DNA from: Eledone cirrhosa
Lineage: Eukaryota
Direction of reading: 5' to 3'
NCBI GenBank assembly: GCA_964016885.1
Contig: CAXHJY010000427.1
Location: 1 to 64,000 of the forward strand
Length of the DNA stretch: 64,000 nt
The notes below the pieces were generated by a model. It had not been told where the DNA came from and made no database searches. It saw only the letters and a program-made list of their open reading frames with translations. Both the position numbers and the translations under genes were made by a program. Below are positions 28,746 through 45,293 of this stretch, piece after piece; positions within the stretch are counted from its first letter, which is position 1, and the number at the start of each line of letters is the position of its first letter.

Positions 28746-29186
28746 TGTAACTGATACTCTTGTGGACACGACATGAAGAAGAAGACTTTCATGATAAAAA
28801 CTTAAGAGGGTTATCATTAATACTGCCACACGTGCACCTAGTTCATTTCGTAAGTTATGACTTACTACACGTATCTAGGTGAGTGGAAGTAGCGTGTGGA
28901 GATGGGGAAAATATAGAGGATATCTTAACGTGTTTTACTATCACCACCACCAGCTCTACCTGTTGCGCATGTGCCGAGGTGGTGTTTGTAGGGTCGTCCA
29001 TTAAAAATAATATTTCTTCACTGACGGCAAGAAAGAGGGAAAGAAAGGAAGGAAAGAAGGAAAGAAAGAAAGAAGGAAAGAAGGAAAGAAGGAAAGAAGG
29101 AAAGAAGGAAAGAAGGAAGGAAATGAATGATAAAAACTACCGATGTTATGATTTGGGGCGTGACAATGTTTTTTTAAAATGACTAT

Positions 29187-29266
<80 letters not shown>

Positions 29267-30090
29267 CCCTTCATAGTACCTTCTTTGAGAAAACTGAATT
29301 TAGAGATCCACAGACATGGAACTGGTTGAAAAGAGGAGACCTTAAAAAGGCTACAGAAGGAATGTTAATGGCTGCGCAGGAGCAGGCCCTCAAAACGAAG
29401 TGGTTAAAACACCATATTTACAAGGAGGAGGCTAGCCCACTGTGCAGGATCTGTGGAGAGAGAGAGGAGACTGTGGCTCACATGGTATCCGAGTGTAAAC
29501 ACCTAGCCCAGACTCACTATAAGGGCTGGAGACATGATGTGATGGGCAGGGTGATCCACTGGCACCTATGCAAAGTAAACAATTTACCACATTCTGAGAA
29601 GTGGTGTGAGCATAAGCCAGAGGCGGTGATAGAAAACGATCAGGTGAAGGTGTTGTGGGATTTTAGGATACAGACGGACAAGAAACTGGAACACAATAGA
29701 CCTGACCTGGTGGTTGTGAACAAAGAAAAAAGATCGTGCCTGATTGTGGATGTGGCCTGCCCATTCGACACGAGAGTGCAAGAGAAGGAGAGGGAGAAAA
29801 TTAACCGATACCAGGACTTAAAGTGGGAGGTAAAAAGGATTTGGAACTGCCATGAAGTCAAAGTGATCCCGATTGTCATAGGCGCACTAGGGACTATCTC
29901 AAAAAGTTTCCAGGGATGGTTAAAGAAAATTGGCCCCTTCACGCTTTTTGGAACGCTTCAAAAGGCATGCTTGCTGGGAACAGCAAGAACCCTCCGATAC
30001 GTCCTGAATATCTGAGGCTGCAGGTAGTGGCTTGATATTCATTTCAACAAACTTTCCAGTTAACTAACATCAATGACTGAGACTCAAAGA

Positions 30091-30091
<1 letters not shown>
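29267..30091 (+). mobile_element. R4/Dong-clade non-LTR retrotransposon 3' part (CCHC + restriction-like endonuclease)
   Basis: LHSTF...WLKRGDL, CRICGEREETVAHMVSEC, RHD, LWDFRIQTD, RPDLVVV...IVDVACP, EKINRYQDL, PIVIGALG; embedded in long (AAT)n, the known Dong target type. Confidence 0.88.
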
Positions 30092-30173
<82 letters not shown>

Positions 30174-30176
<3 letters not shown>

Positions 30177-30240
30177 TGTTTCTACTTTAGGCACAAGGCC
30201 AGCAATTACCCAGTGCATTACTGGTACTATATTTTATCGA
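30174..30240 (-). mobile_element. S2 SINE 3' fragment
   Basis: attgtttctactttaggcacaaggccagcaattacccagtgcattactggtac. Confidence 0.8.
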
Positions 30241-30253
30241 AATAATAATAATA

Positions 30254-30470
30254 AAGTGGTCCCGATTGTCATAGGCGCAAAGAGTTTCCAAGGATGGTTA
30301 AAGAAAATGGGTCCCGCCCCGCTTTTTGGAATACTTCAAAAGGCATGCTTGCTGGGAACAGCAAGAACCCTCCGATACCTCCTGAATATCTAAGGCTGCA
30401 GGTAATGGCTTGATATTCATTTCAACAAACTTTCCAGTTAAATAACGTCAATGACTGAGACTCAAAGAAC
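30254..30470 (+). mobile_element. Second short R4/Dong 3' end
   Basis: Similar to 29860-30090 with a deletion and several substitutions; (AAT)n on both sides. Confidence 0.85.
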
Positions 30471-30743
30471 AATAATAATAATAATAATAATAGCTGTTGC
30501 TGTTGTTGTTGGTGGTGGTGGTGCTGTTGTTGGTGCTGTTTTTGTTGTTGTTGCTGTTGCTGTTGTTGCATATATACAGCCAAGATGAAAAATTCAAGAT
30601 ATGTTATTCTTATAATACATGCTTCGAGAAGGATGATAAGAAAAAATGTATATATATACAAACACACACACAAGCACATATATATCTAGCTGTTGAAACG
30701 ACAGGAGCTCAGCTGTCGGGGTCCCACATTTTTCATCTATCTC

Positions 30744-31200
<457 letters not shown>

Positions 31201-31637
31201 TATATATACATATATATAAAAACCTAATAAACTAATATTTGTACTGCCTCTCTGTTTTTGTTCCTGTCTAAGATTTAACTATATATATATATATATATAT
31301 ATAACAATAAGAATGGCAGCTTTTTGTAAACTTTATTTCATGTTGCAATTTGTTTCCATATCGATCAGCTCTGATTTGATCATATGATCGGATCCGGTCT
31401 CTCAATAGACACTTCTTCAGATGTGAGAGTTTACATGGGTGGTCCTATCCAAACGTATATATATATATATATATATATATACAGAGAGAAAGAGAGAGAC
31501 ATAGACGAAGAAGTATTAGATTTCAAATTTATTTGTTTTTCTGATGAAAAGCTGCAATAATTCATTAAATGGTTATCGAACGACCGAACAAGACGAGTAA
31601 ATTACTCCTGTAAATCGAAGAAAGGTGTATATATGTG

Positions 31638-31753
<116 letters not shown>

Positions 31754-31754
31754 C

Positions 31755-31834
<80 letters not shown>

Positions 31835-31850
31835 TTATAAAAATAAATAT

Positions 31851-31900
<50 letters not shown>

Positions 31901-31911
31901 GTATGTATATG

Positions 31912-31943
<32 letters not shown>

Positions 31944-32369
31944 TTGTGAGAGGTGGGGAACGTGTATGTGTGTGTGTCCGTGATGTGTGTGTGTTTGTGA
32001 TGTGTGTGATGCGTGTGATATGTGTAATGAATGTGAGTTGTATATGTTGTATGTGATGTGTATAACACAAAGGTGTGAAGATAGAAAGGGAAAAAGATAT
32101 AGATAGAGAGGGGGTGATGTTGAGGTGGTTTGTTGTAGAGGGATCTGGACAGAAACAGAAAGGGTTATTGACTAACGTAAAGAAAGACAGGTTTACAGAG
32201 AAAGAGGGGGAGGAGTGTTGGATGAGAGTGAAGGTGGATAAGGTGGGTAAAGAGAGAGAGAGAGAGGGAGGAGTGAAGGTGGGTAAAGTGGGAGGTAGGG
32301 AAAGATGAGTGGCACATTTAAATAAAAGTATATACAGGAGTAAATGATTGGACCACAATACATAACCCC

Positions 32370-32743
<374 letters not shown>

Positions 32744-32798
32744 CTCCTCTACCTCTTTCTCTAGCTGTATATCTATCTATCTATCTATATACAACATC

Positions 32799-32857
<59 letters not shown>

Positions 32858-32905
32858 TTATGCATAATATCTAGGTGTGTATGAGAGATAGGAAGGAGGG
32901 TAAGG

Positions 32906-32998
<93 letters not shown>

Positions 32999-33234
32999 AT
33001 GACACGCAGTGGTGTGTTTAAGAAATGTCAATGGTATGGAAGATACAGAAGATGTATTGTTTGAAATCAAGATCCAGCACTTGTATAGTGAGTGGTAGCA
33101 ACAGTAATGCTAATATTGACTCTGTTCATAGCGTGGCGTTAGTTTAGCTTAGTTCTTCAATATAATTATATATAAACAGACTGTTAGATTACATAGTTGC
33201 ACACACACTGGCATACAGGAAAACACTTAGACTC

Positions 33235-33340
<106 letters not shown>

Positions 33341-33458
33341 GTACATACGTATATAGGTATACTCAAATACACACAGACACACAGACGCATATCTATATAT
33401 ATACATATATACATATGTATACGAATATATAAACACACTTATATATGCATACTCATGT

Positions 33459-33515
<57 letters not shown>

Positions 33516-33989
33516 CATGCTCTATCTATCTATCTATCCATCTATCCATCTATTTCTCTCTCTCTCACACATACACACACTTTCTCTCTCTCCCCCCCTC
33601 CCCCTCTCTCTCTTAGATAGTGAGAAATTAGAAAATATTAAAACAAAAAAGTATACTCAGGCATAGATGCATCTTATAAGGTCTGGTTTCTCAAAGAAGA
33701 TAAATGCTCACACAAAGGGGTACATAGGTTTCAATAGGTTCAATTTACTTACACGTACCCCAATAGCTTTGAATACATCAGCCAATTGGAAACACCACAC
33801 AAACTTCCTATGCGTCACTATATCATGGTGGTTTATAGAGAAAGAATGCCACCTGCGGATAGTATCGATGGTTGCAATAAACTAACTACCGCTAAATTAT
33901 TCGAGACCAACCTCCAATAACTTAAAAATTCGATAACACCAGACAATGCAACCATGCAGATCATTTATATATATATATATATATATATT

Positions 33990-34093
<104 letters not shown>

Positions 34094-34142
34094 TGCACGC
34101 GCAGACATGTACATGCACACACTCACCAATATGTATATATAT

Positions 34143-34291
34143 AGAGTCATATTGTTATAATATTGCTAGAAATAATAACAGAACACACTCACTGCTTGGT
34201 TTGGGTTGGTTTTCGCTTCTGTATCTGTTATATCTCCATAGTTAATTTATCTGGCAATCAATGTTTATCATTGATTGACCAGTGGTTAAAA

Positions 34292-34292
<1 letters not shown>
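34143..34292 (-). mobile_element. Family D pseudo-LTR 3' fragment
   Basis: aataacagaacacactcactg...ggttggttttcgcttctg shared with 14960-15000. Confidence 0.75.
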
Positions 34293-34328
<36 letters not shown>

Positions 34329-34927
34329 TATATATATAGTAATAATAATAAATTTGAAGACTAAAATCCAAAGAGGGCTCGATAAGGATAAATATATATC
34401 AAATATATAAAAACCGTAGACCAAATATATATATATATGAGTGTATAATTTAGCAGACTGTATTTTATTGCAAGTATAGATACCACCAGCGGCTGTTATT
34501 CTTTGTCTATAAATTAATAGGGTACCTCCGATGTTTGTTCACCCTTTCAAGGATCGAATGCTTGAAAATGTGAGTGTCCTCCACATACGATCGTTTTTTT
34601 TTTTTTGTATTTTTCATGTGACGTTGAAATTGGTATTTTAGGGAGATAAAATGTTATTTTTTGCACGGTTTCGGCTACCATACGAAGACACTTGCTTCTT
34701 CCATGATTTACACAAAAAAAAACATTTTTTTTTCAAATTTTACGTACACTTGTTGTATAGGTCATTGCCTTTCCCTTGGACATCATCAGTGTCGTGCAGG
34801 GGAAAGACTGGTTTTTCACAACTTGCCCGGGGTTATGCCTCGGCAGAGAACATTCCAAATGCAAATATATATTTAATATATTGGCAGCGTGAACCTAATA
34901 TATAACAATATATATATATATATACAT

Positions 34928-35030
<103 letters not shown>

Positions 35031-35076
35031 TATATATATATATACATATATATACATGTATGTATATATATATATA

Positions 35077-35498
35077 GTTACAGATTAGGTTCACGCTGCC
35101 AATAAAAACACGCGCACCTGTTGGTTTTCACTTCAATTTATCATATATTTCCGGTTGGTTGGCTGGTTCGATAACCGGAAGGTTTTTTTATATATTGTCA
35201 AATCTCTTTCGTCACAAATTCTGTGACCTCCTCAGTGAATAGGTTTTATTTTGTGCGTCTCTCCTTTGTTCTGTACTACACCATCTTGTTTTCGTGTAGG
35301 TCGAATGTGTGACGAAAGAGCTTCGACAATATATAAACGACCACCCAGTTATCAAACCAACCACCCAACTGGAAATTTAAAATAAATTGAAGTGAAAACC
35401 AACAGGTGTGTGTGTTTTATTGGCAACATGACCCTCCCAAAGTATAACAATATCTGTTTCAACACACGTTTTCAGATAATATCTCTTGCAAAACAAAT
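35077..35498. mobile_element. Family D-related fold-back element with hammerhead core (35193-35241, minus)
   Basis: Arms 35097-35215 and about 35306-35425 are diverged inverted repeats; minus strand CTGAGGA g gtcaca-gaatt-tgtgac GAAA; tail atgaccctccca..gtataacaata as in family D. Confidence 0.7.
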
Positions 35499-35505
35499 TA
35501 AAAAA

Positions 35506-35562
<57 letters not shown>

Positions 35563-35724
35563 ATATAGAAATGGCTTCTACATAACTAGAACTCTTTCAT
35601 TCGGGAACCTGGGATAAACTGATATATATATATGTATATATGTATATATAATTATGGAACGAAGCTTATAGAATAGAATGGGCACTGCTTAGGTTTAAAT
35701 TTATATATACATACAACATTGCTT

Positions 35725-35853
<129 letters not shown>

Positions 35854-36047
35854 TGTGTGTATTGTGTAATGAAAGTAATGAAAAGAAAAATATCAAAACA
35901 AAAACAAGTATGGATGAATAAATATATAGGAAACAACTAAAACGATTAAATTTCAGTAAAATTTTATAAAATTCTATAAATTTGTACATTGTTGTTTTAA
36001 CCATGTCAATACTGTATTGATGATAATACACACACACATTGTTATAC

Positions 36048-36082
<35 letters not shown>

Positions 36083-36084
36083 TG

Positions 36085-36152
<68 letters not shown>

Positions 36153-36177
36153 AATATATATATATATATATATATAT

Positions 36178-36263
<86 letters not shown>

Positions 36264-36534
36264 ATATATATATATATATAATAGTTATACATATTTACAT
36301 AGATATATGTGTTTGTGTATCTGTGCATGTGTCTGTATATATACATATATATATGTAAGTGTGTATCCGTCTGTCTGTCCGTGAGTGTGAAATCGTTTAT
36401 TTACAATGAAATTTCTTTAACATTTCTCCAGTTCTTTCTATGAAAGTATTTTATTTTCTTTCTCTTTAATATTTTCTGTTTTTTTTCATAAAATAAACTT
36501 AAAAACAAGGTATTGTTCAAATAAATAGTCATAT

Positions 36535-36620
<86 letters not shown>

Positions 36621-36624
36621 GTAT

Positions 36625-36745
<121 letters not shown>

Positions 36746-37255
36746 TATATTTATATATATAATACGTACGTAAATATGTATATATATATATATATATATA
36801 TAAATTACATATATAAACCACCGATTGATCCACCAACTAAATAAACCATGCCGCCGCGTGGTTGTGTTTATATAAATATTGTTGTATATAGCTATATACA
36901 TATATAGGTGTATATATGTATTTATATATATTTGTGTTTGTGTGCGTGTGTGAGGGGGGGAGTGTATGCGTGTGTGTCTGTGTATGTAATGTAGGAATTT
37001 CAGACCGTGAAAATAACTGTAAATCTTTAGAGCAGCAGTTGAAAGATATGAGGCTCGATACCATGTAGTCACCGCTGGACCCTTTTAATTCCGTAAATAA
37101 GGGGTCTCTTTTCTATTTTCTAAGCTAGTTATAGCAACCAACAGTATTTACAATTACTTTTCTGCGTCTGTGTCCCATACCTTTTCTATGATCTTCATAA
37201 TCCCTCAGAGACACGATAGTTCGAACTTCCATGTGATTTTGTAAATACATATACA

Positions 37256-37382
<127 letters not shown>

Positions 37383-37384
37383 CA

Positions 37385-38199
37385 TCTACATTCTTCAATG
37401 TTCCAGTTTTATTCACATTCTTCAGTTGTTTTATCGCAAGTCCGTAGAATTTGGTGATATCTCTTGTGTCCCATCAATCTGTTTGTCCCTTAATTTTACT
37501 GGAACCACACCACCTTCGCCAATCTACTGTTGTTACGCCAACTTCACTAACAAGTCTGTCTTTATATCAATCAATATGATGTGATATTATGAATGAGATT
37601 GTGTTGTTGTTTCTATCAGTTTGACCGAACACTCATTGCTGCTATTTCATTTTATTAAGATATCCCTGCGATGAAATTTCATAGATTGACCCTGTTGTGA
37701 TTTTAAATAAGGAATTTTGTTTTAACAAAAAAAAAAAAATTCCTCTAGGATTTTAGCCACATTCTGATCACTTTGTAAAGTTCCTTAGCCCCTTTATGAA
37801 CTCTTACCTTCTGAAACCTAAAACTATAAGACCCAAAACCTGAATGTAAACGAATATTAGTTCTCAGAGTAATACCAACAAAATTTCCCTTTAAATTATT
37901 ACATCTTGAACAGGGCTATTCACATTGGATAATATAACCTTATGTAAGCAATGCTCACGGAAAATGCGTTCCTGTTCTTGTTGTTCTTGTTGTTATTGCT
38001 GGTAATATTGCTCTTGGTGGTTCCATTGAAGGAAGTGAAATAAAAGGAGTAAACCTGACAAAAATGGCGGTGGGTGCTACAAAGGAAACGATTTACGAAA
38101 CGTAGACAAAATGGCGTCGATTGGCGTAAAATGACTGCAAATAATGTTCGTATGATAATGTTCATCTGGTTTGATTTGATCGGATTGAATATATCGCAT
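37385..38199 (-). other. Probable NR2E1 3' UTR
   Basis: About 800 bp of repeat-free sequence directly after the stop codon; AATAAA on the minus strand near 37650 and near 37408. True 3' end cannot be fixed from sequence. Confidence 0.55.
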
Positions 38200-38468
38200 T
38201 TAAAAGTCTGATGATTTATACATATCCACGAGTAGCCTTTCTATTGGTATGTTGCCGATAGTTTTTCTGAAGAACAGCTCTTCTATTGTGTTACCAGAAA
38301 CGCTGCGTAGTGTCGGAAGTAAGAGAAGCAGTTTCCCGAAGCGGAACGGTTGACTGGGATAACTTCCTTGGATATATTTGCTTAATGTCACCTGGGCTTG
38401 ATCTTGTAATCCGGCAATCGTATGGAAATCACGCAAACTTTTCATCTCGCTCCCAGCGTTTGGAAAAA
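38200..38468 (-). CDS. NR2E1: Tailless/TLX nuclear receptor, terminal coding exon (helices 9-12, AF-2, stop)
   Basis: (V)FPNAGSEMKSLRDFHTIAGLQDQAQVTL...QPFRFGKLLLLLPTLRSVSGNTIEELFFRKTIGNIPIERLLVDMYKSSDF*; C-terminus DMYKSSD is typical of NR2E1. Acceptor aatttcag, TAA at 38200-38202. Confidence 0.97.
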
Positions 38469-38549
38469 CTGAAATTTAAGAAAATAAAGAGAATTCAATA
38501 AGCATATGGCCTCAGCTAGTCGGCTGGACTACGTAATAGAGTAATAGAT

Positions 38550-38738
<189 letters not shown>

Positions 38739-38739
38739 G

Positions 38740-38812
<73 letters not shown>

Positions 38813-38819
38813 GTATGTC

Positions 38820-38890
<71 letters not shown>

Positions 38891-38891
38891 G

Positions 38892-38955
<64 letters not shown>

Positions 38956-39002
38956 CATATATATATATATACATATATATTTATATATATATATATATAC
39001 AC

Positions 39003-39068
<66 letters not shown>

Positions 39069-39132
39069 GGTAAACAAAAATAACAACACAATCAGTACAG
39101 TATATGGAAGGGATATATTAGGTTAACGCTTG

Positions 39133-39181
<49 letters not shown>

Positions 39182-39347
39182 CAATGACTTAGAGACTTTG
39201 TTGATATGTAATCAACGGTGTTATGTTCACAACAGATACGAAGCACTCGACAGCTAAAATTAATCTGGAATATTATGATAATAATAGTAATAAATGAAAG
39301 AAATAACACTACTATTATTTAATATGAAATAAATAGTGATGCTATAG

Positions 39348-39386
<39 letters not shown>

Positions 39387-39626
39387 ATATAGGTGTGTGT
39401 GCTTGTGTATGTTCATTTGTGTGTATGCATATGTATAAGCGTGTGAATTTCACATTATTTTAACATCCATCATATACAGTCTACTAACACGGAACAGCTA
39501 AAACTTAATCAAACATTGTACACTAAACATCCCGCCCAAACTTCTTAATTAATTTAATCCACTGTAATAGGAAGTGGAGTATGCACACACTCACATATAT
39601 AAATATATATAAATATGTATGCGTCA

Positions 39627-39692
<66 letters not shown>

Positions 39693-39872
39693 AATAATAA
39701 TAAATTTGAAGACTAAAATCCAAAGAGGGCTCGATAATGATAAATATATATCAAATATATAAGAACCCTAGAGCAAATGTTTATTAAAATATATATATAC
39801 ACATGATAGAAGCTGGCGAGCGAAGGCTGGCGGGATAAACGGGACATTTTGAAACTCTGCTTCAAGAGATTG

Positions 39873-39969
39873 AGACGTATCTGAAGAACTTGCGATTTCA
39901 GAGTCAGGTTTGAGCCACGCATCGATCGTGCCTCGAGCTGTTCGCCAGAGAAACGATTGTAATATGTCT
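39873..39969 (+). ncRNA. Type I hammerhead ribozyme motif with long stem II (family C)
   Basis: 8-bp stem I agacgtat/atatgtct, CTGAAGA, about 60-nt imperfect stem II, GAAA-CGATTG-TA; homolog at 6450-6505 (minus) has GAAA-CAATTG-TA. Confidence 0.78.
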
Positions 39970-40684
39970 AATAAATTCTAATTCGTCGCAACACTGATTG
40001 ATTCTCCGTTTCTTATGTGATATTATACTCTGCTCTGTAAGAGCATCGAGTGCTCAAACGGCCTACCGCATACGGACGCTTTAAGCATCCCACACCAAAT
40101 ATATATAATATATCTTTTTATATATAATAAACAACAGAATATAACTATTCCATTACGTAAGGTTTCATGAATCTAGCCGATCTTACAGAAACCTCTAGTA
40201 TATATATATATATATATATTTTTTTTTTTCCAGCACTAGACCATGCCCTTAATGAAGATGACATAGAGATAAGAGTTGAGTTTTGTGAGTGGTACCTGGC
40301 GAAATGTGATTGAAAGAGATTGAACCGAAATACCAAATGAAATGATTCGCTAAGTCATCAATTCCATCCATCTTTTATCAGCAGTGCCTGGACTAAAATG
40401 GTCATTATTTTGAACAACTGCGATAACTCAAAAATTCTAATCCTGACAATTTTGTCTTGAAGAATAAAAACTTTAATATTCCATATAAACATGTTTTCAC
40501 ACACAAACACATTTATATATATATTCCGTCAATAAGCATAATTTTTACAAACTCTTCCCTCTCTCTCTCTCGCTCTCTCTCTCCCTCTCTCTTATTCATT
40601 CTTCATTCTCTCCTCCGTAGTCACATATATATTGTTTTTTAAATAGTCATCTACATTATCTAGAAAATATAAGTATATCCAGAC

Positions 40685-41040
40685 ATATGCAGTTATTAGA
40701 TGCAGAATTTTTGGAATGTTTTACATATTTTTACTGTTACATACATACATGTAACAGTAAAAATATGTAAAACATTCCAAAAATTCTGCTTCTAATAACT
40801 GCATATACACTTGTACATATAGAAAGCACATGCACACATACAACTCAAAACATACATATCCACACATACAATAACATGCATACCTGCACACACATGCATA
40901 CATATCTACCTAGTTGATGTTGTGTAAATTCCAATGAGAGAGTCATGTGTATATGTTAGAAACCGACTCTCTCTTTATTGGTAAAAATTTGTGAAATTAT
41001 AAAACCAGAAGAACATACATTCATACATATATACATACAT
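40685..41040 (+). repeat. Interspersed repeat with terminal palindrome (40685-40807); second copy at 13745-14012
   Basis: Shared ctaataactgcatatacacttgtaca...catatctacctagttgatgt...gaaattataaaaccagaagaa. Confidence 0.75.
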
Positions 41041-41266
41041 ACAAACATACTACCTGCATTAGCAAGCATAACGTGTCCAAACTGTTTCCTTTTCACATGC
41101 ACACATCACACATATACACACAAATATATACAAATATATACATACACATACATACAAATATATACATGCATATATATGTGTGTGTGTGTGAAATATATAC
41201 AGACACACATACATCTATACATATTTACATATAGATATATCCCTTATGACGAGAATGTTTGTAAAG

Positions 41267-41297
<31 letters not shown>

Positions 41298-41570
41298 TAT
41301 ATATATATACTCTTTCCATAACTTGTACATTCTTTCTTTCACTCTCTCTTTGTCTATCTATCTATCTATGTATTCATGTATCTATCTATCTCTCTGTTTT
41401 CCTCACTCTCTCTCTATTACAAACATACGGACATTCCCACACATACACTAACACATACTTACATAGATACAAACAAACAAGGATACAAGTACGGAAGCAT
41501 ACAGAGATACATACATACAAGCACGCATATATATTTATATATAACTATCTACATTTCTTATTTCTCTCTC

Positions 41571-41622
<52 letters not shown>

Positions 41623-43621
41623 TCTATCTATCTATCTATATATATATATATATATATATATATCTTTCTTTTTCTCTACACATACACACACTGACAGACA
41701 CACATACATACATCTACATACAAACATCCCACCTTCTTAGAAGAAAGGAAACTTAAGTATAAAAAACAATGCAAGGACACACTAACAAACGTCAAAAGTA
41801 TGAGACTACGGCGGGAAGACGGAAGAAGGAAGGACGTAAAAGGCAGCCATTAGTAACGAAAGATAGTCAAGAAGACAGCCATTTTGTTAATAAATTTTCT
41901 TGTTTTTCTTCTCCACACACTGTCTGTTTACACTGTTTTGGTCTATTTCCGGTTGTTTCACAGTATTACACATTAAAATCTATTGACATAGTCTTCCATT
42001 CATAAATAGCAACATTCCACATTTGAGAATTACTCCTGGGAAAATATGACCAAAAAACAAAGTTACCTGGGATTTTTGTCGGATGGGGGAAGGGGGCACT
42101 GGGGTGTTTTTGTTTTGTGTTTGTTTTGTGCTTGTCTTGTTTGTTTTTCAACTTTTTCCTTTACACGAAAAACTAAAAAGTAAAGAAAATAAATTTTTGT
42201 TTCCATCTTGTTTTTACTTCGCTGTTTAACCGTTGGTGTTTGTGTATGTATAAGTCTGTTGGTTATGGCATATATGTGCGTGTGTATGTACGTGTGCTTG
42301 TTTGTGTGTGTGTGTGTGTGTGCGTGTGTGTGTACGTGTGCTTGTGTGTACGTGTGTACGTGTGTTTGTATGTGTATGTATTTGCTTTTGTATTTATGTG
42401 TGAATAATTGTATCTATTTGTCTATATTTTTCTGTGTCTGTGTCTGTGTTTGTCTATGTATATCCACGTGTGTGTGTGAGAGAGAGAGTGTGTGCGTGCG
42501 TGTGTGTGTGTGTGTCATTATGCCTATGTATGTCTGCCTGTGTAGCTATATCTGTGTATGTGTAATATCTGTAATTGTATATGTTTGTCTGTGTCAATGA
42601 GTCTATGTATATGTATGTACATATGTGTGTATGTGTAATTGTGTATGTTTGTGTCAACGTGTCTATGTACATGTGTGTGTATGTAATATGTCTACTTCTA
42701 TGTGTAACTGTATCTATGTTCATGTCTGTCAGAGCATGTATGTGTATGTATGTATATATATGTGCATGTATGTGCATATGTGTGTATGTATGTGTATGTA
42801 TGTGTATGTATGTGCATGTATGTGTATGTGTATGTATGTGTATGTATGTGTATGTGTATGCATGTGTATGTATATGCATGTATATGCATGTATGTGCATG
42901 TATGTGTATGTGTATGTATGTGTATGTATGTGTATGTGTATGCATGTGTATGTGTATGCATGTATATGCATGTATGTGCATGTATATATGTGCATGTATG
43001 TATGTGTATGTATGTGTATGTATGTATATGTATGTGTATGTGTATGTATGTGTATCTATGTATGTATGTATATGTATGTGTGTGTATGTGTACGTATATG
43101 TATATATGTGTGTATGTGTACGTATATGCTTGTATGTGTATGTGTATATATGTATATGTATATGTATGTATGTGTATGTATGTATGTGTATATATGTATA
43201 TGTATGTATGTGTATATATGTATATGTATGTATGTGTATGTATGATAAAGAAGAGAAGGAGAAGGCTATAGCAGACAATTTACTTTATTTATAAAAACAT
43301 TTCAGTTTTTTCTTCAATTTTCTAGATAGAGAAAGAGATGGTGGGGAAGCAGAGATGGTGAAGAATAGAGGATGGTGAAGATACGAGGAGGGGGGACGAG
43401 GGGGTGGGAGGATACGAGGACGGTGGGGATAGGAGAGAGGGGGTGTACGCTGGAGGAAGGGGTTACAAAACAAAGCAAAAATTAAATGACCAAAACCAAA
43501 AGCAAAGACACCATAAATATTTGTTGAAATAAACTAAACATAATTAAGAATGAGAAATGTTCGTTGTTTGTCTTTGCTGTTGTTCTTCCTTTTGTTATTG
43601 ATGTTGTTGTTGTTATTGTTA

Positions 43622-43653
<32 letters not shown>

Positions 43654-43758
43654 CTTGTTGTTATTGTAGTTCTTATTGTTGTGGTTGCTGTTTTAACTGA
43701 TGTTGTATATTAATTGGTTACTATTAACAGCAAAGGTGGAAGTTAAAGATGTCAATTA

Positions 43759-44120
43759 CCGTATTTCCCGGCGCCGAAGACGCTTCGTTCTCGACGACGC
43801 ACCCTATTGTAAAATGTGTATATTACCAAATTTGCCTCAGGTGTCAGGTTGACACTCGGCGTGATATGGGAAAGAAGCAGAATTCAAAGGAGGTTTCCCA
43901 TAATAATTGATTCAACTTTTGGCACAAGGCCATCAATGCTGGGAGAAGGCACCGTATTTCCTGGTGCCGAAGACGCTTCGTCCTTGAGGATGCACCCTAA
44001 TTTTAACAACCAAAAATTGTGAAAAATAATAATAAACCATGTTCGGCCTCCATGACATATGGTAGATTTTTTGGACTTATTTTAGGGAAAAAGTAGAGTC
44101 TTTGGCGCCGGGAAATACGC
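43759..44120. mobile_element. Tc2/pogo-type (Tc1-mariner superfamily) MITE with a duplicated left end
   Basis: TIRs ccgtatttcccggcgccgaagac / gtctttggcgccgggaaatacgc, TA on both sides; second left end at 43952. Confidence 0.75.
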
Positions 44121-44359
44121 TACATATTAAAACATAGTATCGAACATTACACCTCTTCCATCCCTACTACAACCACCATTCCACCACTACCACCACTACT
44201 ACCACCACTACTACCACCACTACTACAACCACTACTAACACCACTTCCACCATCAAACCCCCTTTCACTGGCTGGTGGTAGCACCCAGTCTAGGAATCAA
44301 GTGTTAAAATGTTCAGCTATATGTTACAGTGAGGAAAATAAAAATGTGTCCTGCCTTAC

Positions 44360-44509
44360 CTGTTTTGAAAATAACGATACCCTTCAGACATGCGTACTCG
44401 GTCGGGTCAACCATCAGAGCTTTAAATTTTGTTATAATTTCCTGTAAAATTCTGATTTCACTCATGATGTTCACAACTTTCTCTGGTGGTGAATGATCGC
44501 CATTTATAC
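44360..44509 (-). CDS. NR2E1: Tailless/TLX nuclear receptor, LBD exon (helices 7-8)
   Basis: (G)INGDHSPPEKVVNIMSEIRILQEIITKFKALMVDPTEYACLKGIVIFKT; acceptor gtgacag, donor G|gtaagg; 150 nt, phase 1 to 1. Confidence 0.96.
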
Positions 44510-44645
44510 CTGTCACCATAGAAACAAACATATATATATATGCATAATAAATTTATACATAAACATTATATCATACACACCCACACACACATATATATAT
44601 ACATACATATATATATATGTATGTATATATGTATATATATATCCA

Positions 44646-44693
<48 letters not shown>

Positions 44694-44766
44694 TTATACA
44701 TCTGTATGTAAGTATATATGTATTGGATTGGGTAAAAAGAACAAAAACCAACAAAGTTAAATGACA

Positions 44767-45214
<448 letters not shown>

Positions 45215-45227
45215 ACTGTTTATATTG

Positions 45228-45293
45228 TATTTTGTCTGAAGAAGGCATAACATATTTTTAATATGATATCCCTGAAATATATATAATGAAATA
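45228..45293 (+). ncRNA. Type I hammerhead ribozyme motif (family E variant)
   Basis: Stem I tattttgt/atgaaata, CTGAAGA, different stem II (catatt-ttt-aatatg core), GAAA-TATATA-TA; downstream tail nearly identical to 20303-20345. Confidence 0.78.

Noticed and set aside
37440-37610. miR-9 / miR-219 sites in the 3' UTR (known regulators of vertebrate TLX)
   Set aside because: Only 6-mer or offset matches, expected by chance.
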